A stretch of 39,499 bases of DNA from Octopus bimaculoides (Eukaryota): positions 26,510,382 through 26,549,880 of the forward strand of contig NC_068990.1 in NCBI RefSeq assembly GCF_001194135.2, given 5' to 3'. Of this stretch, positions 22,856 to 33,902 are shown in pieces. How positions within the stretch are numbered: the first letter of the stretch is position 1; each line of letters starts with the position of its first letter. A program made the translations under genes and the position numbers. The notes below the pieces were generated by a model. The model saw only the letters and a list, made by a program, of their open reading frames with translations. It ran no database searches and was not told the DNA's origin.

Positions 22856-23320
22856 AGTGACAATATTTGCATATCACCTGAGGAAACACAATTAGATCTC
22901 ATAATGCAGGAAAACAATTGCATAATCAAGTACCTGTACACCTGGAGAACTACGTTGCATCGAAACAATTGTAGTGATTAAAAAATAAATGTCCAACTGT
23001 ATCCCTTCAAAAGGCTCGGTTGGAGGCCCAACCTTCCGAGTTCTTTTACAGGGCTAAGAAAAACTGAAAGACCTCTGCAATAAGAGTGAATATGAGAGGG
23101 GAACAGGTTGAATAAAATCATAATTAATTGGTCCTCCTGTATTTTCTTTTAGCCAAAGCCAGGAACTTTCCAGTACCCCCTTGTATCATATCTTGATACA
23201 CTGAGGACAGACCCCTTGATGTTAAATAAGGCATGAATAATTACAGATTAGTAACTCCCATTTTTTGTAGCCACTGTAATTGTTGAGTTTATAAATAGAT
23301 TGGCTGCTTGTTTCCCTCAG

Positions 23321-23368
23321 AATGGTCAAATTGATGTTGACACCTCTGATGAAAAGCCAATAAGATTG
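23321..23368 (+). CDS. Candidate 48-nt exon NGQIDVDTSDEKPIRL (phase 0 to phase 0)
   Basis: gcttgtttccctcAG | 48 nt open | GTAAGT, with consensus-quality splice sites in unique sequence. Protein not recognised. Confidence 0.6.
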
Positions 23369-23884
23369 GTAAGTCAATTTGGGCCCACTTTTTTCAGTCT
23401 ACGGAGAGACAACCAGATTAGACCTGTTTATAAATCTACAATGATATATACATTACATATACATGTTTTGATATGAATATCTTTTCATACACACACACAT
23501 CAAAAGAGATATTTACAACAAAACACCAGATAGTGGTAAACATAAATAAACATAAAACGAACAAAACAATATATGTGCGTGTGTGTGTGTATCTATGCAA
23601 ATGTCTTCATAACACTAATTTGTAACCAAACAAAGTAAAGGTGACCCCATACAATGTGATGTAGTGGTATGCATTATATGTTTTCTTCTTATGGTTCTGT
23701 AATTGACCATTGTTCGGTTCTATAATCATTAGACTAAGTTTAGAAGCAGCCAGAGATCTTCAGATGAGATCAAGAAACAGAGTGTTTTTTAAGGAAAAAA
23801 AAAAATAAAGAAACCATCTTTATTATTAGTGTCTCGTTATTAATATTGCTTTTCCTAATTTTTTTATGATTTCTTCATCACATG

Positions 23885-24500
23885 TGACCAGCACAAACGC
23901 AGAAACAAACACAGACACACTCACACACACACACACACACATACACACACAAGCATGCACACATATGCATGCGCACACACACACATATGCCGCACACATG
24001 CACATGCACATGCATGCACACTCACTCACACATACACACACATATATGCACACTCACACACTCAGACACATGCACTCACGCACACACATTCACTCTCATA
24101 CACTAACACACATGCACATGCACACACACGTGTGGACTCATACCTATATGCACACACAGGCACACACACACACACACACGCACAGAGACACACATGCACT
24201 CACAGATATGCACTTACGCACACACACACATTTACACACAAACACCCTCACACTCAGTCACATGCACGCATACTACACACACAGACACACACTCAAACAC
24301 ACTTACACACACACAGACACACACTCACACACACTTGCACACACACAGACACATGCTCACACACACTTACACACACAGAGGCATACACTCAAACACACTT
24401 ACACACACACACAGACACACACTCACACACACTTACACACACACAGACACAAACTCACACACACACTTACACACACACAGACACATACTCACACACACAT
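23885..24500. repeat. (CA)n-derived low-complexity array with ~30-bp subrepeats
   Basis: Direct reading; source of the HT-rich ORFs. Confidence 0.9.
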
Positions 24501-24689
24501 GAAATATTTTGTGAGCAAACTTCCTTGCAAATAAATAAAGTGTTTTTCTGAACGAATTTCAGATTTAATATGCTGGCAAAACCCACTTGGGCCGGGCTTT
24601 CATTCGTNNNNNNNNNNATATGCTGGCAAAACCCACTTGGGCCGGGCTTTCATTCGTTTAATTAGACTTTAGCGTATATTGTGTTTAAT

Positions 24690-25262
24690 CGTCATCGGCC
24701 CCAGCTCGTATCTGAGCATTAAGTTTGTCAGTATCCATCCAGTTTCCTCGACTGGTGTTTGTGCCGAAAGTGACTTTGGAGTCCGAGTCAGTGGTGAAAG
24801 AGTCGTGGGCAGAACTCGCACAGGATTATCAGCGCAGGTTGAGGATGTTGTAGAAGCTGCTTTCCTCTCCTGCGTTTTGCCTCCTCATTCTGTTGTCTGT
24901 TCTGCTCGAAGGACCTGGCTCCATTGCAGATAGCAGTCCCTCCAGGCTCTCCTATCCATGGCAATCTGTTCCCATAAGGATGGCTGGATGTTAGCTTGAG
25001 CCAAGGTCCGTTCGAGCTGGTCTTTAAAAAAGGAATTTCGGACCTCCTCTGGGTCTTGTTTCACTAGCAAGTTCTCCAAAGAGTATGGTCCTTAGGAGAT
25101 GAGAGGGCTCCATATGCTGGACATGACCGGCCCAGCAGAGATGATGGTGAAGAATGGTGGCTTCGACAGTCTAAGACTTCAGATGATATCGCTCTCAGAA
25201 TCATTGGAACACATGAGCTCTTCCACCACGACAAGAGATGGCCATCGGAAGAGATTGTGTTT
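24690..25262 (-). mobile_element. RTE-BovB-like LINE, ORF C-terminus (frameshifted)
   Basis: HLCWAGHVQHMEPSHLLRTILFGELASETRPRGGPKFLFKDQLERTLAQ...DRRAWR, then after a frameshift a C2H2-like CEFCPRLF...GLQSHFRHKH. Confidence 0.85.
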
Positions 25263-25270
25263 AATATTGC

Positions 25271-25405
25271 TATGTGGTCAGAAGTTTGCTTCCCAATCAC
25301 ATGATTCCAGGTTCAGTTCCACTACACGGCACCTTGGCTGAATGTCTTCTACTATAGCCATGGGCTGACCAAAGCCTGGATGGAAACTGAAAGAAGCCTG
25401 CTGCA
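25271..25405 (+). mobile_element. SINE family B head fragment (followed by an opposite-strand B tail remnant at 25415-25470)
   Basis: tgtggtcagaagtttgcttcccaatcacatgattccaggttcagttcc...gaaactgaaagaagcc. Confidence 0.8.
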
Positions 25406-25638
25406 GGGATTTTACTATCTTTTATTTTTACTTGTTTCAGTCATTTCAGTGCAGCCATGCTGGAGCACCGTGTGTGTGTTTGGACCCCACCATCACTTGA
25501 TACATCATAGCAGATCATTAAAGATAATGAAATAATTATAAAAGGTTTTAGCAAAAGAATGTTGGAACATATATCTTTTATTGATAACACATACCAGAAT
25601 GGAAACTGAAGCAGAAACAAAAAAAAAAAAGGAATGGC

Positions 25639-25702
<64 letters not shown>

Positions 25703-25769
25703 GGTGGGAGGGAGAGAATGAGAGAAATGTTAGAAGACTTGAATCAGAATTCTTGTCAGGTTACAAACT

Positions 25770-26253
25770 GATTCAGACCGACCATAATTATGTATGTTTC
25801 CCCATTAACAAGGACATAACAGAACTATAGAATACCTCCATTGCCGTCACACATCAGTGATTTTCAAACTTCTCATTAAACCCAATCTGTAACCATGTCA
25901 AATACATCCGTTTCCATTCCGAATCAATCCTCATGACGTCTTCAACGTTCCTGCTGTGTGTTTTACCTCTTTCTGTCGTCTGCAATCAAACCGACACATT
26001 CTCTTGCTGCCAATTTCTTCTTCGGTGCTTCGTTTTTCTGTTTACCGTTTTCTTCAGCATTTCATTTCTTCATTTCGATCATATTGGTTCGATGTAGATT
26101 GGTCAAATATTAGTCTGCAAATTCTGTTTGTTGAGGCTTGAAAAATTTACCGAACAATGCATATATTCGATGCCACCCAGTTTCTGCTTGGTCAACTGTT
26201 ATTTGTCACAGAACATGGTGGCAGTGGCGCGGGGTGGGGTGGGGGTCGGTGGG
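25770..26253. promoter_or_regulatory. CpG-enriched unique segment ending in a canonical G-quadruplex motif (candidate regulatory or 5' region)
   Basis: About 18 CpG in ~500 bp by my count, versus about 3 in 23000-23500. GGGG-T-GGGG-T-GGGGG-TCGGT-GGG at 26231-26253. Adjacent to (GA)n at 25640-25700. Confidence 0.35.
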
Positions 26254-26408
26254 TGGATGGAAAAATTCTTGGCATACATATGCCAACCATTCATTAATTT
26301 CTTCTGCAGACAATGATATGGAAGTTTGCATGAAGTGTTCAAGGAAGAATGCTGGATTCATTTGGAGAAAGCAAAAGAAATTATAATAATAATAATAATA
26401 ATAAAAAT

Positions 26409-26449
<41 letters not shown>

Positions 26450-26479
26450 TGCATTCAACATTATCATTCTCATTCTCCA

Positions 26480-26522
<43 letters not shown>

Positions 26523-27323
26523 GTTGTTATTATTATTATCATTATTATTATTATTATTATTTTCTTATTATTATCATTACTTTTGTTATCTTCCTTCTAC
26601 TCATCATCATTACCATCACCATCACCATCATCACCACCATCACCACCACCACTACCACGACCACGACGACCACCACGACCACGACCACCATGACGACGNN
26701 NNNNNNNNACGACGACGACGACGACCACCACCACCACCACCACCACCACCACCTTCATTGCTTTTATGATTATTGCCATATTTATATTGTCATGTAATAA
26801 GTTAACAACTTTGTCTTATATATTCCAATAAGAAGCCAAACCAATCATAACATTTGCATGCTTTACCATTTCTCTTCATTTTTATTCTTCATTTATGGAT
26901 TCCAGTCATTCGACTGGATCCATGCTGTGCCATCACCTTCAAGGAATAGCAAACACATGCATGAGCATAGTCATGTACATACATACACACACATATATAC
27001 ATATATATTTCTATATATATAAATATAATATAAATAATATATATATATGTATATATACACACGTATATTCATACATAGATATATAGATACATACAAAGTG
27101 CAATGGGTAAATTGTTGCCATTTTACTATTTTTGATTTCATGCAGGCACATTGTTTGTTATTGATTTTGTCGACTACACAGTATAGTAGGGTCAGTTGGG
27201 CACCGTCTGTGAGAAAAACAGCACCATGACGCAATTCACTGTGTCAGAAATTTGGCATTCACACCTGAAGCTCCAATACGAAGCACCAGAAGCTTCAATA
27301 TGAACATATACCAATATGAACAT

Positions 27324-27469
27324 GTACCAAGAGTGATAAAATCAAAGACCTAGTCAGCATGATGATGTTTGGAGTGATCACTAGTGATGGCAACGTTATG
27401 CCTCCACTCATCTTCCTGCACGGACTCATACTCAACACGGAGGCCTACATCCAGTGCCAGGAGGAGGTA
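27324..27469 (+). mobile_element. Tc1/mariner-superfamily transposase remnant (maT/DD37D-like)
   Basis: VPRVIKSK, a frameshift, then VSMMMFGVITSDGNVMPPLIFLHGLILNTEAYIQCQEEV, resembling the VM.FG..SS.G.VMPP..F..G...N...YI..L..V block. Confidence 0.7.
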
Positions 27470-27562
27470 TACGGTGTATACTTTCAATGCTGATATCAGA
27501 ACGGAGTTCGGACTGAAAAAACAGATGTATGGACAGGCTAGCAATACCATTGGGGGGAGGTT

Positions 27563-27673
27563 ATGAAGAAGATAGAAGAGACGGGCTATAAGTACTTGGG
27601 GATATTGGAAATGACAGAAAAATTAAAGGTGAACAACTTGCGCAGCCTGAAACTGATCCTTAAGTCGAAATTA
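27563..27673 (+). mobile_element. RLE-clade LINE reverse-transcriptase remnant
   Basis: KKIEETGYKYLGILE...LKLILKSKL contains the YKYLG RT motif and LILKSKL of R4/Dong-like elements, with an internal deletion. Confidence 0.7.
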
Positions 27674-27686
27674 TATATATATATAA

Positions 27687-27688
<2 letters not shown>

Positions 27689-27738
<50 letters not shown>

Positions 27739-27925
27739 CAACATCGAAAAATACCTTAGGAATGAGAACCCACGTTCGAAATTTCCCCAAGACATCTGAA
27801 GAAGGCTGGAGGGTATATCAGCCAAAATATTGTGTTAACAACAAATAAGATGAGAACAAATATTCGTCAAATGTAAATAATATAAGTAATGTATATAATT
27901 CCTCATCTCTTAAATATAGAACTGT
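27689..27925 (+). mobile_element. Family P2 Penelope-type tail with (AAT)n and decayed hammerhead motif
   Basis: Homologous to 15340-15584. GACAT-CTGAAGA-A-GGCTG/../CAGCC-AAAAT-ATT-GTGTT at 27791-27836. Confidence 0.8.
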
Positions 27926-28192
27926 ATTGAAAGAAGCAGAAATAATTTATTCTCAAAAGCATGATAATGCTAAATACAACAGCATATATAGCAATATATG
28001 GATAGTTTATCGTGTTTATGCTATTGTGTTAGCATTATCCTGCATTTGAGAATAAATTATTTCTGTATCTTTCGATACATCGCAACGTTTCTAAAGCAAA
28101 CTTTGTTTACTTTCATTGTAAGTTGAATTTAACGTTAGCGCCTTATAAAGCTAAATTTATAAATCCTAAAATTGCAGACCAATTCATTACTG

Positions 28193-28264
28193 GGCAGTTT
28201 AGCTTTAAGGTAAAGCACTTGACACATAATCACGGGATGTGAGTTCGAGTCTCATGGCTGGCTA
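28193..28264 (+). pseudogene. tRNA-Met(CAT)-like degenerate cloverleaf inside a repeat unit
   Basis: D-stem GCTT/AAGC; anticodon stem CTTGA/TCACG (1 mismatch) with loop CA-CAT-AA; T-arm GTGAG/TTCGAGT/CTCAT; imperfect acceptor stem GGCAGTT/GGCTGGC. Confidence 0.6.
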
Positions 28265-28674
28265 GTGACAATTTTTTTCTGCAATATATAGATAGTTTAT
28301 CCTGTTCATGCTATTGTATTAGTGTTATCATGCATTTGAGAATAAAATATTCCTGCATCTTTCAATGTGTAACCATTTATAATACTTAAAATCTAAACCT
28401 TTTCAACGCAGGTCTGATTTTTTTATTAGAAACCAGTTCCTTCTATAAGGGAAGAATTTAAATTACCAAGACATGATGACATATGTTTATACAAAGACAA
28501 ATACATACATAAACAAAAATGTTACCCAACAACTTGAATAATCTTTATTCAAGATTATTGAATCTTGAATAATCTTTATTCAACAACTTGAATAATCTTT
28601 ATTCAAGAATATCCAATAGAAATGTAGGTTGTTGGTTGAGTTATTTCTCAAGTTATGATTCACATTTTAGAGTT

Positions 28675-29510
28675 AGATAGATAGATGCCGAGAGAAAGGG
28701 ATAGAAGAAGAGGAAAAGAGAAAGAAAAGGAGAGGAAGAGATAGATAGATAGAAAGAGGGAGAGATAGATACATAGAGAGGAAGAGGGAGAGATAGATAG
28801 ATAGAGATGGAGAGATAGATAGATAGAGATGGAGAGGGATAAATAGAGAGAGAGGGGAGAGATAGATAGATAGACAGGGAGAGGGATACATAGATAGAGA
28901 AGGAGAGATAGATAGATGGTGAAGGAGAGGGAGAGATAAATAGATGGTGAAGGAGAGGGAGAGATGGATAGATAGAGAGAGAGAGAGGGAGAAAGAGAAA
29001 AGGAGAGGAAAGATAGATAGATAAATAGAGAGAGAAGGACAGGTAGAGAGATAGACAGATATATAGATTGAGAGAGGAGAGAGAAAAGGGGAGAGATAGA
29101 TAGGTGAATAAATAGATAGATAGAGAGAGGGGGAGAGATAGATAGATAAACAGAGAGAGAGAGAAGGAGAGAGAGAGAGACATAGATAGATAGATACAGA
29201 GAGAGAGAAAGAGGAGAGGGAGAAAGAGAAGGAAATAGGAAAGGAGAGATAGATAGATAGAGAGGAGAGGGAGATGGAGAGAGAGAGAGATAGAGAGAGA
29301 CAGAAAGAGGAGAAGGAGGAGAGAGAAGAGGAGAGGGTGAGAGATAAATGGATAGAGAGAGAGAAAGAGAGGGAGAGATAGAGAAATAGAAAGAGAGAAA
29401 GAGAGAAGGAGAGAGAGAGAGAAGGAGAGAGAGAGAGAGAGAGAGAGAAGGAGAGAGAGAAGGAGAGAGAGAGAGAAGTAGAGAGAGAAGGAGAGAGAGA
29501 GAGAGAGAGA
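28675..29510. repeat. (GA)n/(GATA)n purine-rich tract
   Basis: Direct reading; source of the SL-rich ORFs. Confidence 0.95.
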
Positions 29511-29868
29511 GTCAATATTAAAATGCATCAAATGAGTGTGATAAATCTTTGAAAAATACCCATTTTTTAAACTGAAATTTTGCAGAGATAGGTCTTCAAC
29601 GAAGTAAATTGCAATTATGCGGATAAATTTAGAAAAATAACAATCTATTATTTATTGTGAATATACAAGTGAGAAAATTGTTTTAACTAATTTTCAAGTA
29701 ACAAATAAATATTTTTGTTCTAGGAAATTAATATCTCTTTTATAATCGTTCATAAGTACAAAGAAATTTAGTAAAAAAGTTAAATTATGATTATTACTGT
29801 ATGTCTGCCATATTCCCTGATGTTACCCTGGGTGGCAAAAGTGGACTTTCAGAGTTACCTGTCATATA

Positions 29869-30143
29869 AGGCAATGAGCTGGCAGAAACATTGGCATGCC
29901 GGGTGAAATGCTTAGAGGTATTTCGTCTGACTTTACGTTCTGAGTTCAAATTCCGCTGAGGTTGACTTTGCATTTCATCCTTTTGGGTTCGATTAAATAA
30001 ATACCAGTTACTCACTGGGGTTGATGTAATCGACTTAATCCCTTTGTCTGTCCTTGTTTGTCCCCTCTATGTTTAGCCCTTTGTGGGCAATAAAGAAATA
30101 AGAAACGTTAGCATGCTGGGTGAAATGCTTAGAGGTATTTCGT
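29869..30143 (+). mobile_element. SINE family A, copy 4, with a second head starting in tandem and running into a gap
   Basis: Same tail as copy 3 (gtttagccc.ttgtgggcaataaagaaataa), then gaaacgttagcatgctgggtgaaatg before the Ns. Confidence 0.85.
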
Positions 30144-30810
30144 NNNNNNNNNNNNNNNNNNNNNNNNNNNNNNNNNNNNNNNNNNNNNNNNNNNNNNNNN
30201 NNNNNNNNNNNNNNNNNNNNNNNNNNNNNNNNNNNNNNNNNNNNNNNNNNNNNNNNNNNNNNNNNNNNNNNNNNNNNNNNNNNNNNNNNNNNNNNNNNNN
30301 NNNNNNNNNNNNNNNNNNNNNNNNNNNNNNNNNNNNNNNNNNNNNNNNNNNNNNNNNNNNNNNNNNNNNNNNNNNNNNNNNNNNNNNNNNNNNNNNNNNN
30401 NNNNNNNNNNNNNNNNNNNNNNNNNNNNNNNTCTCACCAAAAAAAAAAAAAAAAATTGTGGCCTTGTACCTAGAGGTTACTTATCATATGTGTTACTTAT
30501 CATATGACGGATAACACTCTTCTCTATTTCATAATAAATGATATAAATTTTGGCTGGTTGGTTGGTTAGTTGGTTGGTCGATCTCTCCAGTTACATTAAC
30601 ATCATGTAGATGGGGTGGGGGAGGAAAGAATAAAGGAGAAATACAGAGGGAGTTCATATCAAGTGAACAATAGGCTTGGTGGCAGGTAATGAGTAGAGGA
30701 ATGCTATACACACTCTCATCATGGAATTATGAGAAGAGGAAGAGGGGGAGAGAGGGAGTAAATGACAAAAGAGGTTTGCAAATAAAACATTTGAAATTTG
30801 TTTTATTTAA

Positions 30811-31188
30811 TTTTATCTTTCACTTGTCTCAGTCATTTGATTGTGGCCATGCTGGGGCAGTGGCTAAAAAAATATTTTAGTTGGGTGGATTGACCCCAGT
30901 GCATATGTTTTTAAGTCTGGAACTTATTCTATCAGTCTCTTTTTGCCAAACCACTAAATTACAGGATGTAAACAAACCACTACCATTTGCCATGCAGTGA
31001 TGAGGGACAAGCACACACACACACAAGGCAGGCTTCTTTCAGTTTCCATCTACCAAATTTACTCACAAAGCTTTGATCATCCTGAGGCTTAGTAGAAGAA
31101 ACTTGCCTAAGGTGCTGTGCAGTGGGACTGAACCTGGAACCACGTGGCTGGCAAGCAAGCTTCTCATCACTCTGCCACACCTGCACCT
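30811..31188 (-). mobile_element. SINE family B, full length
   Basis: Head, short internal (TG)n and tail are all present and collinear. Confidence 0.9.
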
Positions 31189-31500
31189 ACGTCCACCTAC
31201 AAAATCAAACTTAATAAATAGCACAACAAGTGCATCATACAATTGCAAAGAGACGAATATCGAATTAATAATTTCTTTACATTAGAAGGTGAAGCTCTTC
31301 GTTTCATTGAATCTATTGTCAAAGGAAATATCTCAATTGCTGCAGAATAAATGAAAGAAAGCAAAAACAAACAAAAAAACACACATGTAATCAAAGAAGC
31401 AAATATCATTTTCACCTTTCTTTGGCTTCTTTGCTTTTATTTTCCTGATTTATTATCTTCATCGCAATTACAGTTTATCTTATTGTTATTGTTATTATCA

Positions 31501-31563
<63 letters not shown>

Positions 31564-31596
31564 TTGTTATTATTATTATTATTCTTGTTATTATTA

Positions 31597-31945
31597 TTAC
31601 CTCCACCTTTGTTGTTTGTTTGTTTGTTTGTTTGTCCATGGACAAGATATCTCAAAAACTGCCAGATGGATTCGCATGAAACTTTCAGGGATGTTTGACT
31701 TCGTGACTGGCACGAATTGATTAGATTTTGGGGTTGATCTGGTACCGGACAAAGATTCTGGATTATTTTTCAGGTTCTTTTACTTAATTTTTGAGAGCGG
31801 TTGGGTTCACTTATAGTATTCGTGTTTGTGAAAGCAGTCAAATTTATTTCAGATATTCTCATTTTAAAAATCATCTCTGGCTAATCGTTGAGAGGACGTT
31901 GGTGTTGCCTTGGCAGAGGTTTGCACTCTCTGAATGCTCTTATCT
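31597..31945 (+). mobile_element. Non-autonomous Helentron/Helitron2-type element (HINE/DINE-1-like)
   Basis: 5' acctccacc (31599) and subterminal ggcagaggt (31912) form an asymmetric inverted pair, each one CpG transition from acctccgcc/ggcggaggt. Also (TTTG)n near the 5' end, a 3' hairpin gcactctctgaatgc, and T-rich flanks. Confidence 0.8.
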
Positions 31946-31984
31946 TTATTATTAATATTGTTAATGTTGATTATCATAAATATT

Positions 31985-32585
31985 ATTATTGTTTATTTTT
32001 ATTTCTCAGTCTTAGCTGTTATGCTGGTTCCCATCCCATAACCTTAGGTATCCAGTACCTTTGTCAAGATTTTTGCTGCCCCTTTTACACAGCATACAAC
32101 TTCACGAGGTTGTTGATTGACAATATTGTATCTACTGGGTGTTTGTACTGTTTGTCAAATCACACCAGGGACCTCAGACAGACAGTACTTTATGCAATAT
32201 GTGTGCAGTTCCAAGCAATGCCAAGTTTTGCAATACACCTAGATTGTAGGGTATTTCTAAAGTTTCCAGATGTTTCTTCAGGTTGGGTGGTGTTGAACCT
32301 AATGCTCTGATGACAATAGGGATAACCTTTATGTTCGATTCTCATAGCTGCCGCATCTTAACGATCTCAATTCTCAGGTCTCCATATTTATCAACTTTTT
32401 CTCTTTCTTTCATGATGATATGTTGATCTCTTGGCACTGCTATGTCGATTATTAGGCACTCTTGTTTGTCTCTCCTAAACGTTACTATACCTGGCCTTCA
32501 CTGCTCTAATACCTTGTCTATCTGGAAGTCAAAGTCCTAAAGGATCTTTGCCTTCCCCTTTTCATTCATTACCTTTTTCAGTGTA
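31985..32585 (-). mobile_element. Degenerate R4/Dong-like RLE LINE 3' end
   Basis: KIL*DFDFQIDKVLEQ*RPGIV...CLIIDIAVPRD...EREKVDKYGDLRIEI...IPIVIRALG...LALLGTAHILHKVLSV* (stop at 32174-32176). The 3'UTR ends at aataataat. Confidence 0.85.
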
Positions 32586-32698
32586 TAATTTTGACTCTAT
32601 ATCTTCAGGAGGAGTTACCTCAATCCTTTCTATATTATTATTATTATTATTATTATTATTAGTCAAGACGAAGAGTGCGATTTTAGATGTTTTATTTT

Positions 32699-32741
32699 TT
32701 GAACAACATTTCGACAGAACGTCTGTCTTTCTCAAGTTCAA
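32699..32741 (-). ncRNA. Minimal type I hammerhead-like motif with U3-A8 variant core
   Basis: TTGAAC-TTGAGAA-A-GACAG/acgtt/CTGTC-GAAAT-GTT-GTTCAA. Perfect 6-bp stem I and 5-bp stem II, ~185 bp downstream of the GIY-YIG ORF on the same strand. Confidence 0.75.
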
Positions 32742-32925
32742 ACCAAAAGGTGATTGAAAATTCAAAATTTCAGAAACCAAACGTAAACTATGAACGTGAG
32801 TAATCAGCGTCCATACGTTGATAGAATGACATCATCAGCTTTTGTCAGTTTTTTAATAAGCAGAAAGAAAGAAAGAAAAAGGAAGACGCCAGAAAAAGAA
32901 AAGAAAAAGAGAGAAAGAAGAATAT

Positions 32926-33231
32926 TCAATCAAACAGTTTTGTATAAATTTGATGATATTCTCCTGTCATCTTATTCATTCCTCCAGGGCGTGATGTCAA
33001 TAACCCGCAAGCATATTTCTCCTCATACATTCTGAGAAGTGAAAGTGGGGTACATTCAGGATATTTTTTGAGAACGTGCACTTTCAAATCTTCTTCAAAA
33101 TTGCAGCCGCTTGAAACGAAATGTTCAGCAAGTTCTGTTGAACTACTGTTCTTGTGCCTGACGTCGAATCTGTGCCCATTAAACCTTTTGTTTAATTGTT
33201 CCGTTGTACAACCAACATAAATCAAGTTATT
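32926..33231 (-). mobile_element. Penelope-like element GIY-YIG endonuclease C-terminal part
   Basis: NLIYVGCTTEQLNKRFNGHR...LAEHF...DLKVHVL...EEKY...LLTSRPGGMN, the typical PLE GIY-YIG pattern, uninterrupted. Confidence 0.9.
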
Positions 33232-33400
33232 TAGAACATATAAGAATTATTAAGCCGCAAGAGAGGTAAGCCCTGTTCATTGTGCAACAACATGAGTGAA
33301 GTGAATACCATCAAAAATCATAATAGAAATGTTATGATTTATACAGAAGGGGGAACCTTCAAAGATTCCCATTTAGTGTACGGTGCAGAATGCACGAAAC
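33231..33400 (+). mobile_element. Inverted upstream part of the same Penelope-like ORF (Cys linker and start of GIY-YIG)
   Basis: 33256-33399 reads RKRGKPCSLCNNMSEVNTIKNHNRNVMIYTEGGTFKDSHLVYGAECTK, which would normally precede xxIYVGxT. Confidence 0.75.
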
Positions 33401-33407
33401 AAGTTAT

Positions 33408-33848
33408 GTTTTATTTTTATAACGTGCTTTCACTTCACTACTGAGCGCAGCTCTGTGTACCTTGTGTACGTGCTGTGGTTTGCTGTGGTGCTCTTATGGT
33501 TACTGTATTGAAAGTGTTTTGCGTAGGATGTGTGTAGTGCCCAGTAGTGCAATTTCCTGTATGTTATATATATATTTGTAAGTCCTGGTGTTTTTGTTAT
33601 GTATTTGTCTGAATATTTTTTTATTATACCTAAGGCACCTACTATGATAGGAATTGTTTCTGTTTTTAGATTCCACATTCGAGTTACCTCTATTTCCAGG
33701 TCTTTGTATTTTGAAAGTTTCTCCATTTCTTTTAGGGAAACGTTGTCATCTGCTGGTATTGATACAACAATTAGAAAGCATTTTTTTCCTTCGTAATCTT
33801 TGACAACTATATCTGGTCTATTGGCCTTAATTTCTCTATCTGTGTGTA

Positions 33849-33850
<2 letters not shown>
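33408..33850 (-). mobile_element. R4/Dong-like RLE LINE 3' end (third family), 5' end at (TAA)n
   Basis: HTDREIKANRPDIVVKDY...IPADDNVSLKEMEKLSKYKDLEIEVTRMWNLKTETIPIIVGALG, with a PD..(D/E)xK-type RLE motif. Confidence 0.9.
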
Positions 33851-33889
<39 letters not shown>

Positions 33890-33902
33890 CATCATTTTTT
33901 TT

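Noticed and set aside
23866-24551. Long His/Thr-rich ORFs
   Set aside because: Translations of (CA)n repeats. The same applies to the poly-SL ORFs at 28653-29531 and the YI/VC ORFs.
24569-24657. 40-bp direct repeat
   Set aside because: Flanks a 10-N gap, so an assembly overlap artefact; likewise the duplications around the gap at 34305-34314.
32926-33225. Possible selenocysteine-type (Naiad-like) PLE
   Set aside because: No in-frame TGA in the visible GIY-YIG segment and no SECIS I can support; the RT region is absent.
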